Translations under genes and position numbers: made by a program
Source of the DNA: Stegostoma tigrinum
Lineage: Eukaryota
Assembly: GCF_030684315.1 (NCBI RefSeq)
Contig: NC_081369.1
Coordinates: forward strand, 2,098,689 to 2,162,688
DNA length: 64,000 bases
Reading direction: 5' to 3'
Part shown: positions 37,826 to 51,559 of the stretch, one piece after another
How positions within the stretch are numbered: position 1 is the stretch's first letter
Layout: each line of letters starts with the position of its first letter
Notes under the pieces: generated by a model
Database searches by the model: none
Told to the model about the DNA's origin: nothing
What the model saw: the letters and a program-made list of their open reading frames with translations, nothing else

Positions 37826-40330
37826 AGAACATAGAACAGAGAACATTGAACATTCCAAAGTGTATAGGTCCTTCGGCCCACGATGTTGTGCTGAACTTTT
37901 ACCCTGATCCTAAGGTCTATCTAATCTCCACCACTACTTTATACTATCATCCATATGCCTATCTAAGAGTTGCTTAAATGCCCCCAATGAGGCTGACTCC
38001 ACTACCCTCTCCGGAAATGCATCCATGCCCCGACCACTCTCTGAGTTGAGAACTTGCCTCTGATGTTGACCTGATACTACCTCCTTTCACTTTAAAACTA
38101 TGTTCCCTCGTAAAAGCAACCTCCCCCTGAGGAAAAAGTGTCTGGTGTCCACTCTACCTATACCTCTGATCATTTTGTACACCTCTATCAAGTCACCTCT
38201 CATTCTTCATCGTTCTAAACAGAAAAGCTCTAGCTCTCTCAACCTTTCCTCATAACACCTTCACTCCATTCCAGGCAACATTCTGGTAAATCTCCTCCGC
38301 ACTTTTTTAATGCTTCCATATCTTCCCTGTAATGAGGTGACCAGAACTGGACACAATACTCCAGATGTGGCTGAACCAGGCTTTTGTATAGCTGGAGCAT
38401 AACTTCACAGCTCTTGAACTTAATCCCTCTATTAATGAAAGCTAACAAACCATACGCCTTCTTAACAACTGTATCCACCTGGGTGGCAGCTCTCAGGGAA
38501 CTGTGAACATGAACCCCAAGATCCCTGTTCTCCTCCACACTGCCAAGAATCTTTCTGTTAACCCTGTATTCTGCTTTCAAGTTTGACCTTCCAAATTGAA
38601 TCACCTCACACTTTGCAGGGTTAAACTCCATCTGCCACTTCACAGCCCAGGCCTGCATTCTATCAGTGTCACTTTGTAACCTAGAATAGCCTTCTGCACT
38701 GCCCAAAACATGACCCACCTTCGTATCGTCCATGAACTTGCTAATCCACCCTTCCACTCCTTCATCAAAATCATTTATAAAAATCGCAAATAGAAGAAGA
38801 ACCGGAACAGATCCTTGTGGTACACCACACATAACTGTACACCATGTTGAATATTTTCCGTTCACTACCACCCTTTGTCTTCTAAGGGTCAGCCAATTCT
38901 GCCACATTTCTCCCTATCCCATGCCTCCTTACCTTTTGCATGAGCCTACCAAGTAGAACCTTATCAAACGCTTTACTTAAATCCATGTATACCACATCCA
39001 CTGCTCTACCTTCATCCACGTGTGTGGTCAACTCTTCAAAGAATTCAGTAAGTTTTGTGAGGCATGATCTACACCTCACAAATCCATGCTGACTATCACA
39101 AATCAAACTGTGCTTTCCAAGTGATCATAAATCCTATCTCTCAGAGCCCTTTCCAATAATTTGCCCACCACTGATATAAGACTAACTGGCCTATAATTTC
39201 TGGGGTTATCCCTGTACCCTCTTTTGAGCAAGGGAATTATGTTTGCATCTTTCCAATCTCCTGGCAGTATATCCATGGACAGTAAGGATGAAAAGATCAT
39301 CGCCAAAGGCCCTGTAATCTCGTCCCTCGCTTCCCATAGAATCCTTGGGTAAATCCCATCAGGCCTGGGGGAATTATCTATCTTCAACCTCTTCAAAATT
39401 CCTAGCACATCTTCTTTACTAACATCAACCTCATCTCACCTACCTGCCTGTTTCACAACACCCTCTTCTACAGCTAGGTCCCTCTCAGTTGTGAATACTG
39501 AAGAAAAGTATTCATTAAGGATCTCTCCTATATCTTTAGGCTCTGTGCACAAATTCCCCTTACCATCTTTGATCGGCCCTACCCTTTCTCTGGTCATCTC
39601 TTGTTCTGCACATACGTGTAAAAAGCCTTACAGTTTTCCTTGATCCTATCCGCCAAGATTTTCTTATGCCCTCTTATAGCTCTCATAAGCTCTTTCTTCA
39701 GCTCCTTCCTGGCTAACTTGTATCCCTCTAGAGCCTTTTCCGTTCCTCTTTTCCTAAAACCTACACAAGCCTCCTTCTTCCTCCTAACCAATCATTCAAA
39801 CTCTCTCAATAACCATCTCTCTCCCCATCACTCGACAGCATCTTCTCTGACTGCTAGGGACAAATGCATTGAGCACATGCAGTATGCATCCATTAAACAA
39901 TCTCCACATTTATGTGGTGCTCTTCCCTGACAGCATCTGTTCCCAATTTATGTTACCCAGTTCTTGCCTAACTGAATTGTAATTACCCTTCCTCCAATTG
40001 TAAACTTTATTCTGCTGTTATGTACTTATCCTTACCCATAACTATAGTGAAAGAAACAGAGTTATGATCATTACCGCCAAAATGCTCTCCTACCAACAGG
40101 TCTAACACTTGGCCTGGTTCGTTGCCAAGCACCTAATCCAAAGTGGCCTCTTCTCGTGTTGGTCTGTCCATCCTGAACGCACTGGACAAAATCTGCTCCA
40201 TCTAAACTATTACAACTGAAATGTTTCCAATCAGTATTTGGAAAGTTGAAGTTACCCATGACTACAACCCTTGACTTCTGCACCTCTCAATCTGCTCCTT
40301 TACTTCTCTGCCACTATTCAGAGATCTGTA
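37826..40330 (-). mobile_element. Long CR1-type LINE ORF2
   Basis: ORFs 40071-40283, 39103-39408, 38882-39106 and 38239-38907 cover APE and RT; agaacat tail near 37826. Confidence 0.92.
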
Positions 40331-40635
40331 ATTAAAAAAAACTAATTTAGTTTGTATATCTGCAAAGACATCCGCATTGGATTAGGATCTAAGTAAGAAC
40401 ATACAACAGAGACAATTTCACAAGTTTCACTTAAATCAAGCCATGTCAGAATGATGTGGTTTTCGCTTGGAGATGCAGTCTGTAAAATGTGAAGTAGTAG
40501 TTCCTGCTGACCAAAGATACCAGGGAAATGCAATAAAAAATGAAAGAATAGAGATGCTGCAAATCAGAAACAGAAACAGAAATGGCTGGAAAAGCTCAGC
40601 CAGTCTGGCAACATCTGTGGAGAGAAATCAGAATT

Positions 40636-41250
40636 AACAAAGAACAATACAACACAGGAACAGGCCTTTCAGCCCTGCAAGCCTGCCCCTACACATTTTG
40701 CTCTTTCATTTTAAAACTGTCTCCACTTACAGGATCCTTATCCCTCTCCTCTTACTCTTGTATTTGTCCAAGTGTTTCTTGAATGCTCCTACTATGTCTT
40801 CTTCCACTACCTCCTCTGGCAGTGCATTCCAGGCACTCATCACCCTTTGTGTGAAAACCTTGCCTCACCTGTCCCTTTTAAACTCCATCCCTCCTGCCAC
40901 TTTGCACCTTGATCATTCCACCCCACCCCCCATCACCAACACCACCTTGCACCTTGATCCTTTGTCCCCAAGTGATCGACCCTTCCACCCTGGGAAAAAG
41001 CCTTATACTTTCCACTCTAACCATGCAATTCCGAACATTCTAAAATTCTATCAGGTCACCCCTCAGCCTCCGTGAAAATAAACCCAGTCTATCCAAACTT
41101 TCTTTAAAGCTAAAATCCCCCATATCAGGCAACATCCTGGTAAACCTTTCCTGTATGCTCTCCAAAGCATCCACATCATTCTGGTAGTGTGGTGACCAGC
41201 ACTGTATGCAATATTCCAAGAGTGACCTAACTTAAGTTCTATAAAGCAGC
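40636..41250 (-). mobile_element. CR1-type LINE 3' part
   Basis: Reverse complement of sequence similar to 17800-18390. Confidence 0.8.
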
Positions 41251-44200
41251 ACAAGTAACATTTATAATGAGGAAGGGTCACTGGACCCGAGACATTAATT
41301 CTGATTTCTATCCACATATGCCGCTAGAGCTGCTGAGCTTTTCAGCAATTTGTATTTTTGTTTCAGGGAATGCAATCATGGCTGTCGGATTCTAGTTGGA
41401 CAAAGCCATTGCTCAGTTAGCTGGCCGTTGAAGAAAAGTAATTGCTTTGTAGATAAAGTAATTGCTTTTAGATTAAGGATAGCCTTAGTATTTACCTTAA
41501 GAGTCATTAATCTAAATAATTATTAGTCATATAGAAAGACAGAATACCAGGTTCATGAATGGTTGTCTGATAAACAATATGAATTTGGGGCAAATCTATT
41601 GACGCCTCCCCATTACTTGAATTAATAATAAATTTGGATGCAATTAATCCCAAAGTATTATGGTGTGCCTCTTTAATTTCCCAGTAGCTTGCTTCATGGG
41701 AGTTTCTGTCTTTAAAACAAAAATCATCGGGTTTATTTGAAGGAAAAACGTCACAAAGAGAAAATCAATACCTGGCATCACTCAGAAATCTATACCGAAA
41801 ATAAGCCTGCCTTATGCTCTATGAAATTGAGAAAAAAAAACTTCTAAATACATCAGGAATACTTAGAATGCTTAGAAGTTGCAGAAGTATCTGTCAAGAG
41901 GAAACATATACAACATTTACCTGTGCATGCGTGCTTCACAGAAAAACCCCCCTCCAGTGTCCAGGGTGGTATTGGTGTCACAGAAAACGATCGTGTACCA
42001 GCAAAATTTGAAGTATGATGTCGTCGCTCACTAGAATGGCAGCGATAGCTGAACTGATCATGATGCTGAATAGCTATGATCCCTGTGATAGAAGGCCTAC
42101 TTTATTCTATAAGGGCTAATATACGTGATGAATTTATTTTAAATAAAAGCAAGCTTGTTAACTAACATCCAACAAAGAACAAGTGTGAAACCCCCAGGGG
42201 AAAATAAGCTCGATGTATTGATTTGATGCAATCAAAGGACTGAAAAGGAAACATTGCATAATGCGTGGCCACTAGTCTGTTTCCTGTGGTTCATGCTCAG
42301 TCATAGAGCTTTTGATAATGCTTAGACTTATCTTGCATAAATATATGAACAAAAAAATTGTGGATTTCTTTTCCTTTCAACAAAAGCATGCCCATTTCAC
42401 ATATAGCTGTGAGTCTTACATTGTGTGAGAAGCGAGAGAGCATCACTTGAAAGACATTTGTGGTATTTCTCTTTCTTTGATAGGCATTCATGGTACATCA
42501 GCCAATATTTCTTGCCCAAGTCTCATTACCCAACGGCCAGTTAAGCTTCAACCGTATTGCTGTGGCACTGGAAACAGACCGAGGCCTGAGCAGATAAGGA
42601 TGATAAATCGTCTGATTTGGTCAGTGACATGAGTGAACTAGATGGTGTTTTTCGGAAATCATTTACAGTATTATTGTGATTAAGAGAGCTTTCTACTGGG
42701 TCCATTTTATTTTTACATTTACCATGGTAGGATTCAAAATCATGCACCCAAAACATTAGTCTGAGATTCTGGATGAGTCATCCAATGACGTTGGGTCTGT
42801 ACACCACATGGAATTAATGGAATTAGCTATTGTTTACACCATCCTCTTAGAGAGTGGAAACATTGAGAATGTTCCAAGAGTAATGTTGAAGATCATCAAA
42901 AAACTAACCAACCTTCGAAATTGTTGACAAGTTTCTGAAAAGGAAGCTGACTAATAGATTGTTCCCCTTTTGTACCAAGAAACCCCGTCTCAAATTTTAT
43001 CAGTAAAACAGCATGGCTGATCTTCTAACCTGATGTAAACAATAGACTCGGGTGAGGGGGGTGGGGGAGGGGTGGTGGTGTTGGGATATGCATGAGATTA
43101 ACGATTTAGATTGGATAAAATTGCCACTGACAATCTACAGCACCTGTTACAGTTGTTTTGAGATGAATATTTATCAGTCCATTTAAGACATCAACACAAA
43201 TTGTTTGACTGTGACAAGTGGATCATTAAAAAAAAACTGAAAGAGCTGTGGGTGCTGTAAATCAGGAGCAAAAATAGAAGTTTCTGGAAAAGCTCAGCAG
43301 GTCTGGCAGCATCTGTGAAGAAAAAAAAACAGAGTTAACGTTTTGGAGCCAATGACCCCTTCTCATCTGTGGCCTAGGTCTGTTTCCAGAGTCATGGCAA
43401 TGTGGTTGAAGCTTAACTGGCCATTGGATAATGAGGCTTGGGCAGGAAATGCTGGCTGATGTGCCATGAATGGATATCAAACATTTTTTTAAGATAATGA
43501 ATGGCCTTTTGTTTTTAATTACACATAGTGAAATCAATGGCAGCAAAAACTGTTTTGAAATTATTTCCAAGTGTGCCAATTCAGGATTGTAATAATGAGA
43601 TGTCATTTCATTAAAATTCAATGTCCAAATCATGAGGGTGTTTTCAATTTTCTGTTATAGTCCATTTGCTATAATCGATGATGACATGTTTTTTCTATAC
43701 AGTGATGGGCTTTCTTCAATTTTACAGATGATGTGTTAACTTAGCTACATTCTTGTTTCGCTTCTTCTGGTTTTGTGTTTTCTTTTGTCTTTTCAATCTC
43801 ACACTAAGAATGCAAAGTTTCCTGTTTACCATTTCTGGGTGTCTCAATCTGCTCTGCAATTACAGATCTGCAACAAACTGCAAATGGATGAATCAGTGTG
43901 TTGTCGTCAGTTGGTTTCCTAACGAAACTCCTCGTCCCATTCTGTCTGAAAGATCCATCTTACTCCTGGGAAAATTATCTTAACACTATTGAAAACACGC
44001 ACCACTTGATTGATACAACCTGTAAAACTTTCCTCGTATATGAGCATTGGAGCAGAGCCCAAGTCCATTCCAGGTTATATTCCAAAAAGGAAAACATGGC
44101 ATGTCATGTGGAACACAGTTATTAATGTGTTGCATAATGAAGTAATCAAAACTATTCAACACAAGAAAGCTGCCTCACAGAGTAATCAACTAGCACCTTG

Positions 44201-44538
44201 ACATATCCATTCTCATGGAATCACACATTACAAACATGCCCCGCATGACACCACAGTATCACTGCATATTTCCTGTCTGACAAAGCACTGATGGGAAGAC
44301 AATGGTTGACTTTGATTCTGCAAGTCCTCGGCATTGACTCTGTACCCCATGAAGTCTCATGGTATTAGTCCAAATGCGGGTAATGGCTCAGCAGCACTAG
44401 AACTTCCTGAATTAATTGAATCTTCAAAAACACCTTAGAAACTTTTGGATTTGACAGCTGAAAAGTGCTATTTTGTCAGTTTGTATTTTTGCTGAAAACA
44501 TAATGCTTCCCACTTTATACACAAAAATGTCATTGCAG

Positions 44539-44577
44539 CTTTAATTCTGATAAAATAACATTTTATCAGAATTAAAG
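44539..44577. repeat. Perfect 18-bp inverted repeat with 3-nt loop
   Basis: ctttaattctgataaaat-aac-attttatcagaattaaag. Confidence 0.9.
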
Positions 44578-45656
44578 AATAAAATAACCTAACTACTCAG
44601 CCAAGTAATGATGGGATGCAATTTAATAGTCAATATTAACTGAAGCTGGCTTCCTTGACAGCAAAATCAGTGCTTGAGCATTGCTCAATTTGGGAAAGTG
44701 GTAGCGTGATGGCAATGCCAGTGGATTAATATTCTAGAGATGCCAGATTAATATTCTGGGGAAATGAGTTCGAATGCTATTATGGAAAATTATGCATTTT
44801 GGATCAAATAAACATCTGCGTTACATCCCCACTGTTGTCAGTCACTAACAGTCCCCATTAACAAGAATTCACCCTCCCAGCCTAATTGTTTTCAACTCCT
44901 TTGCCTGCTCAACTGTCTTTCTCTCTATTTGGGCTTGATCCAATCTTTTACTCCTTACCTCATCCACATCCCTATTTACTGCATATAAACTGATGTTTTC
45001 CCAGCTACCATCAGTTCAAAGGAAGGGTCACTGGACCCAAAACGTTAACTGTTTTTACCTTCACAAATGCTGCCAGACCTCCTGGGCTTTTCCCACAACT
45101 TTGTTTTTGTTCCTGATTTACAGCATCTGCTATTATTTCAGTTTTTAATATCTGTCGTTACAAGCTAACTCATCTTCACTATTATCAATTATTGTACAGA
45201 CCCATTTGATTCACTAATGAACTTTCCGGAAATAAACCTTCCATCCTTATTTGATCCAGTGTACATGTAACTTCTGACCAACAAAAATGTTGTTCACTTT
45301 AATTTCCCCTCTGGGTGATTAAAAATGGACAGTAACTCCTGCTTTGCCAATAATGCCCAGAGCCCAAGATCTTTTGTTTTTTTAAAAATCTGTCTCTAAC
45401 AGACAACGAAAATACTCAATTCCCAACGGACAGAACGGTCAGTACTCTGTGTCACATGATGAAAAAAGAAAATGAGGTATATATGAATTGTTAAAGAAGC
45501 TATCAAAATTAAAAGCTTGCAAATGATCTTCATAACTACATGAACCAACTTCTGTGCCATTCAGTACAGCACCAACAGGTATTATGCCTTTAGAAGGGGT
45601 ATATATCTCAACAATTGATCTAGTCATTGAGTCACACAGCACAGAAGTGACCCTTT

Positions 45657-46924
45657 GTCAGCACGGTTTTGTGAAGGGAAGGTCGTGCATCACAAACCTT
45701 ATTGAGTTCTTTGAGAAGGTGACCAAACAGGTAGATGAGAGTAAACCGGTTGATGTGGTGTATATGGATTTCAGCAAGGCGTTCGATAAGGTTCCCCACA
45801 ATAGCTATTGTACAAAATGCGGAGGAATGGAATTGTGGGAGATATAGCAGTTTGGATCGGAAATTGGCTTGCTGAAAGAAGACAGAGGGTGGTAGTTGGT
45901 GGGAAATGTTCATCCTGGAGACCAGTTACTAGTGGTGTACCGCAAGGGTCGGTGTTGGGTCCACTGCTGTTTGTCGTTTTTATAGATGACCTGGATGAGG
46001 GCGTAGAAGGATGGGTTAGTAAATTTGCAGACGACACTAAGGTCAGTGGAGTTGTGGATTGTGATGAAGGATGCTGTAGGTTGCAGAGAGACATAGATAA
46101 GCTGCAGAGCTGGGTTGAGAGGTAGCAAATGGAGTTTAATGCAGACAAGTGTGAGGTGATGCACTTTGGTAGGAGTAAGCGGAAGGCAAAGTACAGGGCT
46201 AATGGTAAGATTCTTAGTAGTGTAGATGAGCAGAGAGATCTCAGTGTCCATGTACACAGATCCTTGAAGGTTGCCACCTAGGTTGACAGGGCTGTTAAGA
46301 AGGCATACAGTGTTTTAGCTTTTATTAATAGAGGGATTGAGTTCTGGAACCAAGAGGTTATGTTGAAGCTATACAAAACTCTGATGCGGCCACACTTGGA
46401 GTATTGCGTACAGTTCTGGTCACTGTATTATAAGAAGGATGTGGAAGCTTTGGAAAGGGTGCAGAGGAGATTTACTAGGATGTTGCCGGGTATGGAGGGA
46501 AGGTCTTACGAGGAAAGGCTGAGGGACTTGAGGCTGTTTTCATTAGTGAGAAGAAGGTTGAGAGGTGACTTAATTGAAACATATAAAATAATCAGAGGGT
46601 TAGATAGGGTGGATAGGGAGAGCCTTTTTCCTAGGATGATGACGGCGAGCTCGAGGGGGCATAGCTTTAAATTGAGGGGTGAAAGATATAGGACAGATGT
46701 CAGAGGTAGTTTCTTTACTCGGAGAGTAGTAAGGGAATGGAATGCTTTGCCTGCAACGGTAGTAGATTCGCCAACTTTAGGTACATTTAAGTCGTCATTG
46801 GATAAGCATATGGACGTACATGGAGTAGTGTAGTTTAGATGGGCTTGAGATCGGTATGACAGGTCGGCACAACATCGAGGGCTGGAGGGCCTGTACTGTG
46901 CTGTAATGTTCTATGTTCTATGTT
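45657..46924 (+). mobile_element. Relatively young CR1-type LINE (RT to tail)
   Basis: [30 protein letters not shown], 157-aa C-terminal ORF and (ttctatg)n tail. Confidence 0.93.
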
Positions 46925-47162
46925 TGTTTCATTGAGCCTGCACTGATCTACATACACTAATCCGATTTTCCAGCACTTGGATGCAAGGATAATTCAAGTG
47001 CTCATTCAAGCAGGTGTTAAAGGTTGTGAGCTGTCCTGTCAATACTACTTTCCTAGGCAATGCATTCCAGGTTTCCACTGCAAGGTGCTTGAAAAAAATA
47101 CTTTCCACAGTTCCCTGCTATACCTCTCGCCATTCACTTTAAATTCAAATCCATTTGTTATT

Positions 47163-47297
47163 TGAGATTAGTAGGAACTGCAGATGCTGGAGGATCTGAA
47201 TCAGAAATGAAGGAGGGCCTCGACTCGAAACGTCAGTTTCCTACTCCTCTGAAGCTGCTTGGCCTGCTGTGTTCATCCACCTTTACACCGTGTTATC
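47163..47297. mobile_element. Short PLE-terminus derivative nested in a CR1
   Basis: 13-bp TSD tccatttgttatt at 47150-47162 and 47298-47310. Confidence 0.8.
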
Positions 47298-50200
47298 TCC
47301 ATTTGTTATTAACTTACTTGACAATTGCTTTCTATCCACCCTGTCCATGCCACTGATAATCTCATACAGCTCAGTTAGGCCCCCCTTCAACCTTTACAGC
47401 TCCAAAAAAAAAGCATTCTTCATTACTAGAGTATTACATTACAGGCAATGATGACTCTCCTCTGAACCCCCGCAGTGCAATCATGTCCTTCCCATACTGT
47501 AGTAACTGGAATTGCATACAGTCCTCCACATGTTGCCTCACCATGGTTTTGTACAGTTCCAGCATAACCTCCCTACTCTTACAACATATAGCAGAGCTGA
47601 TAAAGGCAAGTATCTAGTATGCCCTCTTAACTTCTTATTAACTTCTCCTGCACCTTCAGGACCCTGTGAATAAGCACCCAGGGACTTTTGGTATAAGACA
47701 AACCAAAATAACACATTGAGGGACCCTTGTTTGTTGAACAGTGGCAATTGTAAATTGGGAACCTTAGGAAGAAGCTGAGATAAATCATTCACTCACCAAT
47801 TCTGACTGAATAAAAAGATGCTGAGCTTTTAATTGGAGATATTTTTTATCAACTGAATTTATATTGTCCACAACCATCATGACTTCTCCAATCTGCAAAA
47901 TTAATGGAAGGTGTCAGGACAGGTTCAGAGACTGGTCAATGAAGCAACAAACATATTGAATTTTATAAAAAAGGTCACTTAAACACACTAATCCAGGGTG
48001 AAAGAACTAGTGCACAGCATTAAAAGATGTACATGAGAGAAGAATGTTCAAAATACTCACCTGAAACACTGTAAAAAATAGTACAAATGCAGGAAATTTA
48101 GTTAAACATGTAAAATGCACAAGCTTGGTGTCAATTGGAGTGTTGTATTTGGGTGTCACATTTTAGGAGAGACAGAGTATGTTAGAAAAGGAGTAGATAA
48201 TATTTAAGACAATTGTTTTACAGAGGAGGTGCTTGCAAGCGTGATGAAGAAAATACAAAAAGTAGAATAGAAATCCATTGTCACATGTATTTTTACATGA
48301 AAAATACAGCAAAATGATGCCCTACTGTCTAGTGATAACACTGCAAATTTTCCTTAAGGATCTTGAGAGTGATCACACCCAGCTAGAAGGGAACCATAGC
48401 CATAAGGGACGGTTTTTACTTTTGAGTTCTTGCCTCCACATAAAGTCATCTGCACATCAGCCAATTTTGAATGGAAGTCCCTGCAAACATGAAGTGGTTT
48501 GATCCACCTTTTGGCTCAAGCTATGACCGGCAGGGCACAATCATTTCCATTTAAGGAGAAAGGAGGAACCGTAGGGGTTGCATCATTACACCATTACCAG
48601 CTCTGCTCTAGCAAACATGCAATATTGTCAGTGGTATATATTTACAGATAGATTTTGAATCAAAGCTTGCTGAGGTTACCACATCAGCATATAAGCGACC
48701 AAGAGAGCTTGTGGCTGCTGTGGTCATTGAAGTTCAATGGGAGATTGGGTTAATGTTGAGCCGCATGCTGGATGTTTCATGTCTATAGTGTCATCAGAAA
48801 GACAACAGATTTTCTACATGCAGCTGCAGTTGTGTGAAGGTCTGACGAAGATTCCAGATGACATGCAAATAGCTTGGTCAATCAGCAAAAGAGTCCATCC
48901 AGACCATGAGTGCTGTCATTTCTCCCTTGTCTGTGAATGCATCTTAACCCATTGAGAGACTGCCCTATCACGCTGAAACAACAGATCCCATGTACCTGTT
49001 AGTTAGTGCAAGAGATGGGAATAGAGCTTTATATGATTGTATGGGCAGTTCTCTCTGTGTAGTAATGGAAAGACAAGTGGGATATGAGGTGCCTGGAGTC
49101 TCAAATGGGAATCATAGTGGCAAATATGGAAAGGCAGAGAAGCTAAATATTTACGTTGTGTCTGCATCCACAAAGGAACTCCCAGGAATAAGAGAGATCA
49201 AATGGACTAGGAAGAATAAAGAATGAAGTTAATACATTAAAATTATTTTTAAAAGTATTTGCCAAATTAGTGACACTAAAAAATAACAAATTGATGGAAT
49301 CCTCTGATTTATATCCCAGAGTTCTGGAAGGATATGATAGAGTTAGTTGATGCATTGCTAATCAATGTTCACAATTCTATAAATTCTGGAGCAGTGCTTG
49401 CAGATTAGATACTTGCAAATGCATTCCCATTATTTACAATAGGGAGGAAGACCTTGTGCTCATTTGTTACTCTTTAATGTAGGAAATATTACAACCAGTT
49501 CTGAGGGATATGCTAACTTGACACTTAGAAGATAATTATCTTTTTTGATCAGGCAAATGTGGATTTATGAGCTGAAAATTACATTTGAAAAAGTTGCTGG
49601 AGAGTTTTGATGATATTACAAGGCAAGTAGACAAGAAGAGACCAGGTGGTAAGGTAAGGTGCATTTGGATATTGGGAAAGCATTTGATAAAGTCTCACAC
49701 AACAAGTTAAGAAACAAAGCTAAAATGCATGGGATAAATTGACATGTATTGAGCATTGTTCAAAGAAAATTGAACAAAGAGTGGGAATAAATAGGTATTT
49801 TGTAGCTTGGCAGTTTGTAACTAGTATGGTAGGGCAAGGGTCCACACTTAGGCCCCTGCCTTTCACTGTATATGAATGATTTTGAGTTGTTGACCATATG
49901 GTAAAAATGAAATCTATAATGAAGATACAAAAACATTTAAGGGGGATTTGAACAAGATGAGTAAGTAGATAAGAACATGTCAGGTGCAAAACAAATGCAG
50001 ATAAGTGTCAGATTACCCAGTGCAGTAGGAGGAACAGATATACAGAATATATCTGAAACTATGGCATGTTGTTAAGTGTTGATATCAAAAGGGTGTTGTT
50101 ATTTATAAATGACCAAAAACTAGCATTCGGGTGCAACAAACGACTTTTGGAAGGTTTCTAATACTGACATTACAAGCAGATGAATGTGGTTTGCAAGTAG

Positions 50201-51101
50201 TATTGGTGGTAAGATGACTGATAATCTGTGTTAGTATCTCACTAGTAATGGCAATATAACTGTTATGTCACTGGTTTACTAATCCAGAAACATAGGCTAA
50301 TGTTCTGATGACAAATATTCAGGTTCTATTAAGTATGGTTGTTAAATATGGCACTAACAGTTCCTCTAATAGCAGCTATGAAGCCTCCATATGGTTCATT
50401 AATGTCTCTTAGTGAACAAATCTAACATCCTAACTTCAATGTGACTCCAGGTTCATAGACAGACAGATACTTAATTGCCCCCTGTATTGTCTAGAAAACC
50501 ACTCATTTATATCAAATGGCTGCAAAGCGTAATAGGAATTAACTTGACTCAACCACTCGACAGTGAAAAAGGCATTGGAAATGATAATGTCAAACAAAGC
50601 CCTGCTCAGGGCTACAGCGTCCCACTTTGTAAAATTTGATGGCATGTTCCAAATTGCAAGAGCTGTCCCAGAGACCAATCAAGCAAAAGCCTGGCGTGGG
50701 CATATTTTTTAAAAATATCATTCATGTACTGTGGGCAATATTAGCTGCACCAGCATCTATTGCCCATTTTTATTATTGTTTGTAAAGGTGGTTATAAGCC
50801 GTCATCTACAACTCTGTAGTTCCTTTGATACAGATAAATTCACAATTCTATTAGGGAAGGATTTTAGGACTTTGAACTCATGTCAGTGAAACAACCGCAT
50901 CATTGTCTCTTATCAGGATAGAGAGCCCCAGAAGTGTCAAAAGTGTCAATTACAGTTAGTGGAATGACTAGATAGAATAGAAATTTAATTTCAAACGTAC
51001 TTTTACATGAAAAATTACAGTGATAAGTTTTATGTTTCCCCACTATGGCACATACATCAATGACAGAAGTCATATATAGGAACAAAAAAAATAAAATTAA
51101 T

Positions 51102-51297
51102 CAAGGTGTAGAGCTGGATGAACACAACAGGCCAAGCAGCATCATAGCAGCATGAAAGCTGGTGTTTCAAGCCTAGATCCTTCTTCAGAAATGTCAGCTT
51201 TTGTGCTGCTATGATGCTGCTTGGCCTGCTGTGTTCATCCAGCTCTACACCTTGTTATCTCAGATTCTCCAGCAGCATCTGCAGTTCCTAATATCTC
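51102..51297. mobile_element. Short palindromic PLE-terminus derivative
   Basis: Inverted arms. 10-bp TSD taaaattaat at 51092-51101 and 51298-51307. Confidence 0.85.
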
Positions 51298-51559
51298 TAA
51301 AATTAATGACAGTTCAGTTAATGGCTCCTGGGCTCAGGGAAGGCCAACTTAGAAATGATGAAATACCCTGATGATGCAGCCAGGACAAAACCACCAGGCT
51401 GGTCGCTGGATACTAGGCCAGAAGCCTCACTGAAGTATACCTTGTTGGGCTTCCATTGTCCATCTCATGATAGCAGCACAGGTTTGAAATTTTCTGCTGA
51501 ATGCGCATTGTGCCTTGTACATGGTGGGAAGGCACTAGGGAGAAAGGAGGTGATTTAAT

